From NCBI GenBank assembly GCA_030141605.1, contig JAQGDQ010000352.1, positions 124,001 through 188,000 of the forward strand: a stretch of DNA of 64,000 nt, given 5' to 3'. The position numbers and the translations under genes are program-made. Position 1 is the stretch's first letter. Every line of letters starts with the position of its first letter. A model generated the notes under the pieces. The model was not told the DNA's origin, made no database searches, and saw only the letters and a program-made list of their open reading frames with translations. Positions 49,301 to 61,863 of the stretch are shown piece after piece. The stretch comes from Tubiluchus corallicola. Lineage: Eukaryota > Animalia > Priapulida.

Positions 49301-52300
49301 ACTGTTTTCTATGTAAGACAGTTTTGTCTCTAGCCAATGTTTCTTTGATAATCATTGTTAAAAATCATGTAGTTGAAAATGAAGTAGTTGAAAAATCATT
49401 GTTAAAGGTGAAAGTATGTATCGTGTCGTTAAAAATTTGACAAAAAATATAGGCATGGCAAAAATTTATTGTCTTTGTTATTATTGATGAAAAGCACATC
49501 AGGCTTCTACGAAGACGTTAAAGATTTGCAATTACTTTCAACAAAGATTTGTTGGGAATGTTTTAAATACTCGGTTTGTTCAGAATTTTTTTTACAGTTT
49601 ATTCAGTTTTACAACCACCGTCACGGCCATCACCATAGTTTATTACTGTTGCTACTGTTCTTTTTAGTGACAATTTGTTTGCTTGCTTAAATATTGTCAA
49701 TTTTGTTGTCCTAGCATCTTAGCTACTACTGCTGCTATCATCATCATTGATTTTTGTTTATGTGTTCGTTTGACGGATTTATTTGTTTGTTTGCGTGTTT
49801 ACGTGTTTATTTGCTGGGTTTCATCCGTGTGAACTAGCAGTATGCTGTGTTTTTCATTCATTTCTTCCTTCAATTTCATATTGGTTGGTCAGTTGGTTGG
49901 CGGATTGATTGGATGAGCAATTCGGTTGGTTGGTTAGCTGGTCGGTTGACTGCTTCCCGAGTGGTTGGTTGCCTGTTTGATCGGTTGGGTGATTGATTTA
50001 TTTGTTTTGGTTAATTTTTTGTTAGTTGATCGGTTCGTTAGTCAGTTGGTTGGGTGATCGGTTTTTCGTTTGTCCGTTGATTCAGCCTTTCGTTTACGTC
50101 CTTCCTTGTTTGTTTACTTATTTGTGTTTTTTTCCACATCGAACGGGCTGCTTCATAATACTCGTTTTCTTTACAACTGCATATTTTATAGTTCAGTGAC
50201 GCTGCCCTGCTGGTAGCGTAATGTGATTAAAGCAATAAAACTTTATCTTAGGATCATAACACACAATGATTAGATGTTAATAAAATTACAACACGAGCTC
50301 TTCGCTCTTAATTGAGATTATACATCCTGCATGTAATATTAATAAAAAAGACTATGCGAACTTGCTTTATACCGTAGTATTTTGAATAATTGCACAAGTT
50401 TATCAGACAGCGGCAAACCAAAGAATTATTATTACTTTGTTATAGACAATTTAGAACCAAGCAAAAACAACTTCTACAGATGCGTACTGGCCTCTTGGAA
50501 TTTATTGCAGGTTTTGCTGTATGTAATAAATCGTCAAAACTGCGTCAGTAATTTGTGTAGAGTAACCAAAACTAAGGATGCAGATTAAATAAAGGTAGTA
50601 ACCATCATAAATAAGTGCAATAATGTTGTAATAGATTTTGTAATATTTTGTTGTAATAGATTTTGAGACCTAAAGCACATCTGTCATCTGTACGTGCTCT
50701 ATACCATGAAGTTATATAAAAATGTTATAACCATATATTCCTATTCAGAGTTTTGAAGTCCACAAAAAAGCAGTACCCTCTTCGTTTTCACTTTTTCAAA
50801 CAATCAAAATCCTAATCAAAATCACAAATCAAACATTCCCAATCAATCAAAATCAATTAGCGCTACAAAAATTGTCATTATACTTTGTTTCTTAGTAATT
50901 ACATATTATTTTACTTTACTGCATTTTCCTTTACTTCATATCACCTAATTTATTTTACCGATCATTCAAATTTTTAGCTATGTGAACTACATAGACAAGG
51001 TATGCGGATCTATTCACTTCACAGCAATTTTTTTGTATTTAACTTATCTTCAATTGTATGACTTGATTCCACAAATACTACATGCTAACTGGAACACTAT
51101 AAGGAACTAAATGAATTATATATCATTATACATTATTATATTGAAAACAGTAGCGAATTTTCTTTGGAGCGGGTAAGTCGTAAACTTATTTTTACTGGTA
51201 AACGCGTTGTGGGGGCTGATAAAACGCACATTACATGGTGCACAACCATAAAATGCGCAAGCAACAGTTATGCTAGGCTATCCAACGAAAAATGCAAGAT
51301 GATTACTATGGTATTTGGCATGTTATTCCAAAAAATAAACATTAATTTTATAGCTCTGATTAGCTATATATATATATATATATATATATACTGTGTTACT
51401 TTGTATAAGCTTTTTATACTAACGTAAATGTGTTGAAAATGCTATATGGAAAGAATTAGCATTTTTCTTCAAAAGTTCGTAGACTTATTTTTTTCAGTGA
51501 ATTTCAAATAGTTCGCTATGCCGTTATCAAGCTGCATAGCGGAAAATACAAGTGTACCAGACTGTAAGGAAACAATGAAACATTTTTGCAGCTCACTTAT
51601 AAAATCATCTTGACTTTATACTGTGACTGTACGAGCTAGGTATTTATGTACATTAAATTACGTAGCGGTATAATTTTAATCGAATATACTGAAATAAATA
51701 GTAAAACATTTTGTAACGTGAAGTAGGGTTATTAAAGACGATTTAGTTGGAATTTAAAACTCTAATTGATAATACTTATTAAAATGAAATGGGACTTAAC
51801 TAGTCGGTTAAGGAGTAATAATAGTTATTGCAGTATTAATAGGCTATTGTGTATATACTTGTTTTTGACATTTCTGTTATCTCTTGTTCTTTCTTTTCAA
51901 AGATTTTTAATTGGTCTTACAACAGACATGAAGAGCATTTCATTGCATTTATTTTTGTTGTCAGCAACTCGTAATTTAATGTATGTGTTCATAAAATTAA
52001 AAATAATACTTGCCAATTCTGTTTAACATATAAAACGTTCATCCGCATTCTACTTTCACAGAGAGTAGAATTAAAACAATTCTACACAAACTAAATAAAC
52101 GTGTGTTAGAACGTTCTAGGTTTGCATGTGATAATTAAGATTACTGTTTCAGGCATTAACAATTTACTACAGTAAAAATAATTAAAGGGTAGTAATACTA
52201 TAAATACACTGAAAGTATTCTTACAGCCATCGGACCGCTACTGCTTGTCCACAAAACACTATTAACAGCAAACAGTTTAATATCCAATCAGGCCAGCGTA

Positions 52301-52307
52301 ACTTCAT
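24520..52307 (-). CDS. WNT4: Wnt-4, 352 aa, 4 exons: 52307-52225, 45709-45474, 36479-36208, 24987-24520
   Basis: Signal peptide [24 protein letters not shown]; [15 protein letters not shown]; [17 protein letters not shown]; [10 protein letters not shown]; [10 protein letters not shown] lipidation motif; [12 protein letters not shown] and [10 protein letters not shown] typical of the Wnt4 subfamily. 1059 nt with consistent phases. Confidence 0.95.
26393..26753. mobile_element. hAT-like MITE family, copy A
   Basis: TIRs CAGGGTCGGATTA / TAATCTGGCCCTG; GGGGCCCC subterminal motifs; homologous to 29668-30027. Confidence 0.7.
28520..29560 (+). mobile_element. Decayed non-LTR retrotransposon ORF2 C-terminal fragment
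   Basis: Pieces [42 protein letters not shown], with frameshifts and stops. Confidence 0.65.
29668..30027. mobile_element. hAT-like MITE family, copy B (3' partial copy also at 59465-59517)
   Basis: CAGTGCCGGATTATGA start, GGGGCCCCCTCAGAC, GCAGCCTATA..GCATATAGGATAATCC end; same orientation as copy A. Confidence 0.68.
31340..31490. repeat. (GA)n-rich microsatellite
   Basis: Direct reading. Confidence 0.9.
32225..32773. mobile_element. TTAA-specific non-autonomous DNA element (Kolobok-like), copy 1
   Basis: TTAA|AGGAAAACAGGA...GTCCGGTTTTGCT|TTAA; colinear second copy at 63262-63891. Confidence 0.75.
35341..36190. repeat. 44-bp minisatellite, about 19 copies
   Basis: Unit ACAAACAAAGGACATTGTTACCACATTAACGTTGATATGATGCA; 167-bp higher-order duplication; decays toward Wnt4 exon 3. 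Confidence 0.92.
36208..36479 (-). CDS. WNT4: Wnt4 exon 3
   Basis: ttgcag| acceptor; TRESAF...[11 protein letters not shown]; AAG|GTAAGG donor; 272 nt. Confidence 0.95.
38720..39075. repeat. Degenerate ~57-bp tandem repeat, about 6 copies
   Basis: Core ATGTCGGCCTAGCATCGAATAGGCCTCA recurs every 54-60 bp. Confidence 0.8.
39625..39782. repeat. Degenerate (ACT/GCT/ACC)n trinucleotide tract
   Basis: Direct reading; explains the poly-V and poly-S ORFs. Confidence 0.85.
40777..40875. repeat. (CAGT)n-(CAAT)n compound microsatellite
   Basis: Direct reading. Confidence 0.92.
41287..42075. repeat. 72-bp minisatellite, about 11 copies
   Basis: Unit GTCTGTTCGTCTAGGAAGACTTGAAAGAACAATGCGACTTCAGCCGTGTGTTCATAAAACTGTAAGAATTGC; 24-codon periodic ORFs on both strands. 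Confidence 0.93.
42180..42386. mobile_element. PIF/Harbinger-like MITE
   Basis: Imperfect TIRs GTGGCGTTTATGTAGCACCCGGAATG / CATTCCGGATGATATGTAAAGGCCAC; TAA-like flanks. Confidence 0.6.
43205..43525. repeat. 20-bp tandem repeat (AAGTTTGGTACTAGGA-like)
   Basis: Recurrent TTTGGTAC(T/A)(A/G)G with ~20-bp period; probably DNA-transposon subterminal repeats. Confidence 0.75.
44083..44148 (+). ncRNA. tRNA-like Pol III unit lacking anticodon arm (tRNA pseudogene or SINE head)
   Basis: Acceptor stem GGGCTGG/CTAGTCC, A box TAGCTCAGTTAG, T arm TCGGG-TTCAAAT-CTCGA, TTTTT terminator at 44144-44148. Confidence 0.55.
44376..45050 (+). mobile_element. Possible piggyBac-like remnant
   Basis: Begins TTAA|CCGTTAGCCTACC; internal acidic coding-like debris (ADEDE); no intact ORF or right TIR found. 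Confidence 0.3.
45474..45709 (-). CDS. WNT4: Wnt4 exon 2
   Basis: ttcag|G acceptor; 236 nt; [15 protein letters not shown]...RRWNCST; G|GTAGAA donor. Confidence 0.95.
45710..46190. repeat. ~36-bp minisatellite, about 13 copies, abutting the Wnt4 exon 2 acceptor
   Basis: Unit TGTCAAGATCAAATATGAGCCCTAGGAATGGAAAAA. Confidence 0.88.
47286..47338. repeat. (CAAA)n microsatellite
   Basis: Direct reading. Confidence 0.9.
48364..48535. mobile_element. Small TIR element with degenerate (CCCTAA)n core
   Basis: Inverted ends GGGAAGGAGTTTGCAATTTCCTCACAC / GTGTGAGGGGAATTGTAAATTTTATCCC around a telomere-like tract at 48411-48486. Confidence 0.6.
52225..52307 (-). CDS. WNT4: Wnt4 exon 1 (signal peptide)
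   Basis: ATG at 52307, 83 nt ending W-L; CT|GTAAGA donor; phase 2 fits exon 2. Confidence 0.85.
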
Positions 52308-52739
52308 GTTGACAACATGGATCTCTCCCAAACGGGATAACCTGTGTTCACCAGCGTAAACCCGCCTTCTCTTGATCTGCTGCTAATTAAATTAATTAAT
52401 TCACTACAACAATATCAACGTTATTTGACAGTAGTTTCACAATCGTAGCGAGTATATCAATCACATTTTTCACGTCTGGACAAAACCAAACGGATACGCG
52501 TTTAATGCGCTTTTAATAGCTTCACTGTTTTGACACTGACTCGCATAATTCACTGGATCTTGTAAACGCGATCACTGATTCCTGCGTCTGATATGCAGAT
52601 GATACTAAAACATGCGTGTGAGCTTCTCTGGTTCAGAGTGTAATACTAATAAACGATGGGCGCTGATCATATACACAACTCCTTGCAGCAATTATGTCGA
52701 AGACGCTTCTGCTGGCAGCAATTTGGTCTTGTGCGGCGG

Positions 52740-52830
52740 TGCGTTTGAGCTGAAGAGATGGGGCGTGTCTGTGGGGTGAGGGTGTCAATGAATGCGAGAA
52801 TCAATCGCCGCTGATAGAAATTGGTAAATG
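52740..52830 (-). promoter_or_regulatory. Putative Wnt4 core promoter
   Basis: GC box GGGGCGTGTC at 52760-52769 and CCAAT (minus) at 52820-52824, about 450-500 bp upstream of the ATG in a locally GC-richer patch. Confidence 0.45.
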
Positions 52831-53496
52831 AGTGATGGGCCTAATAAGAATAATAGCTATATATAACGATACAAGTCTACTTTTTCATTCATTGTAGTGT
52901 CATGAGGTCGTGACTGCAACAGCAAATAATTTAGTATAACAAACCTGGCAAAGTCTAATTTTGAGATTATTGTAAATGTTATAAATTATATTAAATAGTG
53001 TGATTGTTCTTTGGGTTTGCAAATCGTAATTCATCCAATTAGAATCCGCTTCACGTTTTTACTGTCAAATTACTGTAAATTTTCATTTTCAAAATGGTAA
53101 CACTATAATAGTTAGAGCAGCAGTTGATATTTGACTGGAATTATCATTTATTCGCCTTCCTTTGGGGTATAAATTTTAGTAATAAAGAGTTTCCTTATAC
53201 TATATTGTTAGTATTAAGATTGTAGGCATATGGTACGTCTAGCCATTCTAGTAATAGAAGTTACCTTAGGTGATAAAATATTACTAGTTTAATTGTATAT
53301 TACTAATATACTACTAACAACTACAAGAATATTTAATGATAAAATATGAAAAAATAAAAAACTGAAATTTTACGGTGGCCTTACAGATAAATTTTGCTGT
53401 ATGCAGAACTAGCAAAATTTCACGTAGTGTGCATAAGATCCTGCATTTTTATTGACTGTATTGATCCGTTTATAGAAGCATCTCTGAGCTGCCTTG

Positions 53497-53830
<334 letters not shown>

Positions 53831-55099
53831 GTTTTTTAACTATAATGCAAGTCGCTTTTCCGGTTTCACTGCTATTTAGCCTATACAGTGACGTAATAGG
53901 AAGGACTGTGTTAACTTGTTAACTTTATTAAGGTAGCACAGAGACTGACACCCCATTCAATGGTTCTGGATCCGCCCGGTGAAGCGCCCGGGACATTAGC
54001 TCGCAAGACAGATGCCGCACACGTAAGTAATATTCGCCCACCCTCTGACATCACATAATATGATGGGTTTTATACCCGATCATTTCTTATGAATTTAAAC
54101 AGGCCGGATTTTGATTTATGCGCCTATAATTCATCTCGCCGCTGATTTTTACAAAAGCTTTTTATTACCTCCGCTGATGTGACCAGTTTTAATAGTGGAA
54201 AGTTAAATAAAGATGGAATAGATGCAATTAACGTGACGAAAGCGACGTTGAAAGCTTTCTTTACTGGCTTACGTAAAATACTAATTTTGTAATTTTACTT
54301 CGCTTATATTAAACTTAAAATTATAGGCCTACATTTGTACCGCTCTATGTAAATATTTTGAGATAAATCAACACCCAACTTGAATTTATTAAATTACTTA
54401 TCTGAAGTTAATATTTTCGAATCCTTCACTTTCGATATTTTAACATTTTAGTTTTTAGATTTTAAATTATTTGAATCTTAAATTACTTGTTGACTTTTTC
54501 ATTTTAAAGTATGTGTTAACGAGTTTTAGTGAAAAGTAGAACCAATAAGAATCAATAAGAATCGATTACGATCAATTTAATTATGTTAATAATATGTTAA
54601 TTAAAATGAAGATTACAAATTCGTGATGTTGCAAAGCACGAGGCATTGAAATTTGAGTTAAAGGAAAATAAAAGTCACTTAACATGTTAGGTAGGCGTCT
54701 TTAACTCAGAGGTAATGTAATTGAGAAATGTGTTATAATCTTTTTTGTCGCTTTTCTTTTACTATATATGTGTACTGCGACTCTGTGTTTTTGTGACTAC
54801 GTCATTTTAAGTGCGATATTTTCTGAAATTACATAAAAATATAAAATTTAACAAACGCGCGTTCAGTAATCGTCTGTGCCTCTTTTGCCTCAAAATAATT
54901 TACAGTGGTGAATCGATACATCGTGTCCTTTCTTTTCTTCTTTGTGGACTTTCTTCATTAATCGTAGCCTTGGTTTCATTTTAATTTCGTTTTGTTACTA
55001 TATAAATAAGCATGAAAATATCAGCTGCACAGTAGAATCAGAATTCCTATGAATGTTGGCATTCTGTGGAGGTAAGTTTTGCTATGGTACCTCTTTTGT

Positions 55100-55580
55100 A
55101 CTCCAATAGTAGTGCGAATAGCTGGAGAGTGATCCAAGTGTGACCCATCACTCACTTGACCCGCGCATATCGTGACCCAAACCCAATCTGGTCACACCCA
55201 TGACCGAGCCGTGAAATAGCTGATCCGGTCTTAACTCTACTCGACAGCTCTGCTAATATTAATTAGTTCTCACAACTGCAAAATCATTCGGATTTCTAAA
55301 CAGTGGCCAACTGTATTACTTGAACATCACGGTTTTCCTAAAGAAAATGCAGCGACTTCTGAATGGTGTAATTATCGGAGCGAAAAACTTCAACCGTAGT
55401 CATAAAATTCAAGTTGTGTTCTGTATTTTGCATAAGACAATAAATTTCAAAAAAATTCATAGAAAATATGACTATTTAATATTTACTTGGTTTGCCTGGG
55501 TCACACCAATGTCACCACTTAAAAACCATGACCCAAATGACCCGCGACTCACGAGACCCATTTCCAGTTTTGGTAGTACC
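55100..55580. mobile_element. Possible hAT-like non-autonomous element with TGACCC subterminal repeats
   Basis: Clusters of GACCC at both ends; weak inverted similarity GCTGGAGAGTGATC / GACCCATTTCCAGT. Confidence 0.4.
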
Positions 55581-58149
55581 AGACCTTGATATCGCTTAGT
55601 ACTGCAGTGCTATTATGATACGTTTGATTATAATTTTTAGTACACCAACTTTTAATAACCAAGATTTGTTAATTTCAAGAAGATATTAGAATTTCGACGA
55701 TTATTTCGTTATATAATAATTTCGTGTAGGATATATAATACTTTAAGTAACTCAATACTTATTTCCAAGATGGTCCCGATTATTATTATCTGCATGTTAC
55801 TTCGATAAACGAGTAACGTTCGTCTGCACATCGGGGGAAAAAACCCTGTCAGTCTGTAAGGAATTTTGTAAAATTTAATGTTTTTCATGGGTCGCGTGTC
55901 TTAAGCGTGACCTACCAAAAGGAGAAGGTGTAATAAATAACCTCAACTATTTGTTGCCAAACACGCGTATGATTTAGTACCGAAAAAGACCGAAATTTGA
56001 CACAAATTCAAAGAAAACATTTATCGGGGCAAACGTTTTTCAGCCCCGTGTTATGTTTCGAGTAGAAAAACACGAGGTATATACAGTTTTTGTTATAAGA
56101 GCACCTTCAGCGACGAGCCGGTGTTGTTGTGGTAAGGTCTGGATATATCATGACTGCAACACATGGGTATAGCGTTGATTAACTACATGTCAAATAAGCC
56201 ACAAGCACTAGCCTATCATACAAACAAAAAACTTGGTTAAAGCAAGCAATAGACACCTTTTTAAAAAACTAAGGCTAAAACTAGTTATTTTTAACAAAGG
56301 ACTAGAAAACGCTTTTCATAAATGAAGCTTAAAAATCGCATTTGAAATATTGTATCACTGACATGACATCTTATTGCACACAGAGCTTGTGTTAACAGTA
56401 CCGCTGCATAAAACGTGTAAGCCTAAATTTAAACTCCTGTGATGACCATTAGGCACAGCCATTTTAACAACAAGTCGTTTGACATAAATTCAGATAGCAT
56501 TGTGGAGCGTTTAAAATCCTATTGACAACAAAAAGTAATTCGTACTTTTGCTTAGTTAGCGAAGAATGTGCTACGAATCCTCTGATTAATTTTTCACTTT
56601 TTGTTGTCAATAAGATTTTAAATTATTAAGAACTTTTTTCAAAAACGTAAGCGTAATGCTAAGTAATATAACTTTGTAATTCCCTTTTCTTCCCCGTAAA
56701 TAGGATCATTTATATTACAGTTATTGAATGTCATGTTATTTTTTGTAATTGCGTTTACTCGTGTTGCAGCGAAATAAATAAACAAGCAAATAAATAAAAA
56801 TAAAAGCCACACTTGTGGAACCGAGTTCAAACTTTTGCACATTTTGGCATTCTTCGGTATTAGCATTTTTATTGATTAATTACTGATCGTGAAAACTTAT
56901 TTTACTCATTAATCGTTTCCTGTCCTTAATTTTGCTTTTGCACTATGTCTTTTGGTGTCTGGGTATCAGTTTTATCGATATCGAACAAATAGCTGCAAAC
57001 TGTTGTTGTTTTTGTTGGTTTTCGTCATTTAAGTGCTGACTGTAGAACTAGTATGCAAGTTATGGAACAGCCTTCCACTGAACATTAGAAGCTGCGATTA
57101 TATAATTGCATTTAAAAAATTGCCCGAGTCATCTTTTTAAATTACATTGGAATTGAATTGGATTTTTATTCTGCCTGCGTTTTGCTAGCTAGATTTTATA
57201 TTGATTTCTGAAATTTTTAAAGGCTTTTCTTTATGAAATTATAGTGTGTATAGTTTTATCATTAGTTTTAATTTTTATAAACTTTTTGGTTATAAAGTGC
57301 AACTGAGTATTTTTGTAAAATTTGGGGCGCTATATAAATTTTATGTATTATTATTATGCAAGTAAACATAATGAAACAAGCAATCACAAAAGCAAAAATT
57401 CAGTTTGTACTGAACATTGTTTGTCTAAAATAAACCATGTACAGTATGTACTTTCGTTACAATTCTCTGGTGTAAATCAGTCATTTTTACCGCGTTTAGT
57501 ATACCTGTGGATGTACCACGCCCCTTGTTGAACGTCACCTGAAAATGAAAGCGGCGCCGCTTTGATGTTGATCATCTTTCAAGGTGTACACGCCTACCTG
57601 TGTCACAATAATGTTGGGAAACAGGAAAGAAAGCAAAAGGAATGAAGACTATGGTGTGTAAGCAGAAAATGTGGCTTACTGTAAATGGCAAAACAAACTG
57701 AAAATTGTGAAATGTAGTGAAAGAGGGACAGAATAGAGGTAGAAGGGAGCGAGAGAATAAGAAGGAACGAATGAGAGGGAGATTGTAAAAACTTAGCATC
57801 TTAAATTGCGAACTCTCTCTCTCTCTCTCACTCTCTATTCTATACTGTCTCTTTCTACATTTCGCAATTTCCAGTTCAGCTAAAGTAAAGCGTTTACAAT
57901 CTCTCTTTCTCTCACTCACACAGACACACTCTCTTATTCTCCATCTCCCACTCTCTCTCCCTCTATGAAGAAAAACATGAGTGAATTAAATGTTGCGCAA
58001 GAGAAAACCTTTTGGAAAACGCACAAAAAACTTTATGGTGAAAGGTCATTTAAGTACACCAAACGAGCAACAAAAGTTTGCATACAAACGGCTGACTTCC
58101 GCTAATGGTTCGTCATATGGGTTTCTGGGCAAAGGCAGTTTTTTAAGAT

Positions 58150-58150
<1 letters not shown>

Positions 58151-58197
<47 letters not shown>

Positions 58198-58272
58198 CAC
58201 ACACACTCTCTTATTCTCTTTCTCTGATGCAACCTTCACTATCTCTATTTCGCACGCACGTGCTCTCTCTCG

Positions 58273-58366
<94 letters not shown>

Positions 58367-58392
58367 CTCGCTCGCTCGCTCCTTCTCTCTTT
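58151..58392. repeat. (CT)n microsatellites
   Basis: Direct reading; explains the SL/ER ORFs. Confidence 0.95.
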
Positions 58393-61300
58393 ATACCTCT
58401 ATCCTGTTTCTCTCTACATTTCGCTTTAACCAGTTCGTTTCTCAAATTACAGCAAGCAGAAAAAGTTCATCACAAGTCTTAATCGGGCAGCTAAACTAAA
58501 AGCTGAAAAATCAGGATAAAGCTGCACAAAACTTCTGTGTGATCACCAGTTATGAAGGAAGAGTACCAATGCATTTTGGCACAGACGCTATGTAACAAGC
58601 TTTAAGACCGACGTTTGTAAAATTTTCGTACCCATTCATTTATCGGCAAAGCAGAGTGTTTTCAAGTTAGGGAGCTTTTCTGGGCCTATCAAAACTAATG
58701 CGTTGTTGCTTGTAAACAAGCAAATACATACAAGCAAGCAATCCAAAATAGTTTATTCACAATTATTCATGATACATTTGAAAAAAATAATTATTTACAA
58801 GTGTGAATAAAGGGTTCATGATTTTAAGCAAAATTATTTACAATCAAATGTTTAAAAATTATTGAAGAAATACGTTACACGTGCGTTTACAATGAAAAAG
58901 AAAGTATGCAAAAGTAACAAATGTAACTATTTACAAATGAGAATAAAGGGTGAGTGAGCGATTTTTACGAAATATTTACTTCACGTACGCTAAATCAAAA
59001 AGAATATGTTAAAAGTAACAAATGTAACTTTAAAAGACTATCAAACAATTATAATTAAATGAAACATTTACATTACGCTAGATATGGACAAGTACGCTAA
59101 AGAATCAAATAACTATAATATCAACTAAGAACAACAGTAATTTAACGAAAATAGTGAAAATAATATAAGGGAAAAATTTAGATAATAATATAAATGAAAT
59201 CAGCAGATTGCAAAAAATACTAATTTAATAAGATACAGGCTTTCCTAAAACAAATTACAGTGAAAAATTTAGTTGCTGCAATTATATCAAATTTTATGTA
59301 TATCAGTTGGCAAAGAAACAGAACAAACGTTCAGTTGACAATTAAATTATATGTATATATCAGATTCCCGGGTCTTCTTTTTTAAAGTTGAAATTTAAAT
59401 TAAATCACTTATTCAGCAATGTAAACTATTATATAGTTCATTTTTCAGCAGTGACAGTTTTGAGTTCCCCCAAGCTTTAGGGGCCCTAGGCTACAGCCTA
59501 TAGGATAGTGGGCCTTGGATATGAACGAGAAATATATGCAGGAGAGTAAAAAATGCTGCGTTTAAATTGCAGAAAAATCATGTCAAGAAAAATACATTTG
59601 TTTGATGCCTATTATGCCTTCCGACAGCTATTTTCCATACACTGATGTCTCATTGAAACACTGCTCCTGGCTTTTTTCTGTTCTTGCTCTTGTGTTCCTA
59701 GTAGTAATAATCGTAGTACTATCTGTAAAACCTGAAAGTACTACATGAATAATGCAGTATAGACTACAAGACTAATTCAAAGTTAAATTTACAGCCACTG
59801 GCTTAAGACGAACACTAGTCCGGGGCCTAAGAACCAAGAAAGGCTCCGGAAATTTTTAAAATCGGACTAGGATTTACATAGTTTCACCAAAGCATCAAAA
59901 CTAGTTCCTCAGCAAAACTGGGTAAAACTGAACATTCTAATCGCACCTTGGCAGGTAAACCGACTAAATACCAATTAGTTCAGCATATGTTAATAATGAA
60001 GCGTTTCAGTAGGAACTCATTTTATGTACATGTATATAAAACTTAATATAATGTGAACTTTCTAGGTGCCACTAATTTTGCTCTTGCTTATTCAAGCTAT
60101 AATTCAAGGACCATAATTTCATACAAATTTTTCGTAAATCCAGTAACGATCTGGTGTAACAAGTTCAAATTTTATTTCAAAAACTCTTAAAACTTAGAAA
60201 AAACTCACAAGTTCAAGTGAACTTACGTAAATTCATGATTAAAAATAATCACAATAATTGGACAAGAAACTGAATCAGGTGTACTTTATGCAAAGAGATA
60301 TTAAGAAAGCTTTTCCTTAATATCACTAAATGAATATCACTAATTGGTCCTCTACAGCTAAACTCGATGTGAGTGCATCTGCAAAAACCCAACAAACAAA
60401 AGTTAACCCCTTTATCTTAAAAGGGCTGCTTTGGATTCTAAGTACTGACAAGACAAGAAAATATGATTTGCCTAACTGGCCTTGTAGCCGCAGTTTAGCC
60501 AATGAAGGTTATCTCTTAACTATAAAATTAGCCCCAGTTTGAAACACCAGCGTTTTTATAAATAAGGACAAAGGAATTCGAAAAGCACAGCATCTTGATG
60601 AACATAGGATCACATAAATATGGACCACGTAAATATATTAAAATTTGAAAAGCTGCTGCAATACAGCAAAAATTTAATTTCTGACCAGAAGAGGACACCA
60701 CAAAAAGATCATGCGTAATTGTCGCTGTATCATATTGCCAAAAATGCGCCTTTAATAAAAAAAATCACTAATACTTCATAACTCAAGCTGCCATCACCAC
60801 CATTTTTACTTCTTGTACTAATATAGTTGGTTTAGTAACTACGAATCAAATTAACTAATTAACTATAATTATTTAAAATTTTGCAAAAAATCCATAAATT
60901 TTTCATTTATACGAAATAACTCACACTCATGTCAAATTTTGTAAAACTTTGAACGTAACTTAAATCTAGTATTAGTTTAATCCTAATCTTAATATAATTG
61001 AATTAGCTGTTAATTAGCTTGACTTATAGTCGTGCGAGTAAAAAGATGGCGTTCCTTGAGCCAGTCAGGCCAAAAACAATCTAAAAAGACATGACCGAAT
61101 TCAGAAAACACTGCATCGTGGCTAAAGGAGCTCCACCTTCCTAATTTTACTATTGCTGAATTAGGTCTAATTAATCATATTGATTAGTGGCGCCAATTAT
61201 ACGTATTACAAGTATGTAACTAAAGGCAGGCAGCAACTTGAACATTGAAGTAGAAGTAGCACGTTATCTTCATACCAAATAGAAATGATGTGTCAGTTAA

Positions 61301-61792
61301 AAATAAATAAATTTTTGAGGTGGAAACAAACTTTCCGCTTTACAACACCATGCATAAAACTTTAACAATTACATATCCTGCCCTGGCTAATTCTGCATTT
61401 AGAGCAGAACGGCAACGGGCAATTCTTAATCCAATCTTACGTTTGTTGCTTAGGTGCTGCCCTCTTTGCATAAATCTCGAAACTAACAAAACTACGCGGG
61501 CAAAATTACATCATTGTGATAATGCCCAACTAGGTGATTAATCTATTTGATTCTGTCAGTACATCGAGCAGTTTCACAAAAAGTAAATTATAACTGACAA
61601 ATAATACAGAAATTCCCGAAAAATTTCACTCAAAACTTACTTGTAATTGTGGAGTTTGAGAAAACCGCATTGTTGACGAACTAAATTTCATTTCTGTTAA
61701 CTTTAGCGAAAAATAGTTACAATAGCGCCTACAGAAAAACAACAAAAGTTCCTTGACTAAATTTCAGGGAGGGAGGGAGAGAGATTAAGAGG

Positions 61793-61861
<69 letters not shown>
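61793..61861. repeat. (GC)n-(GA)n compound microsatellite
   Basis: Direct reading. Confidence 0.92.
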
Positions 61862-61863
<2 letters not shown>

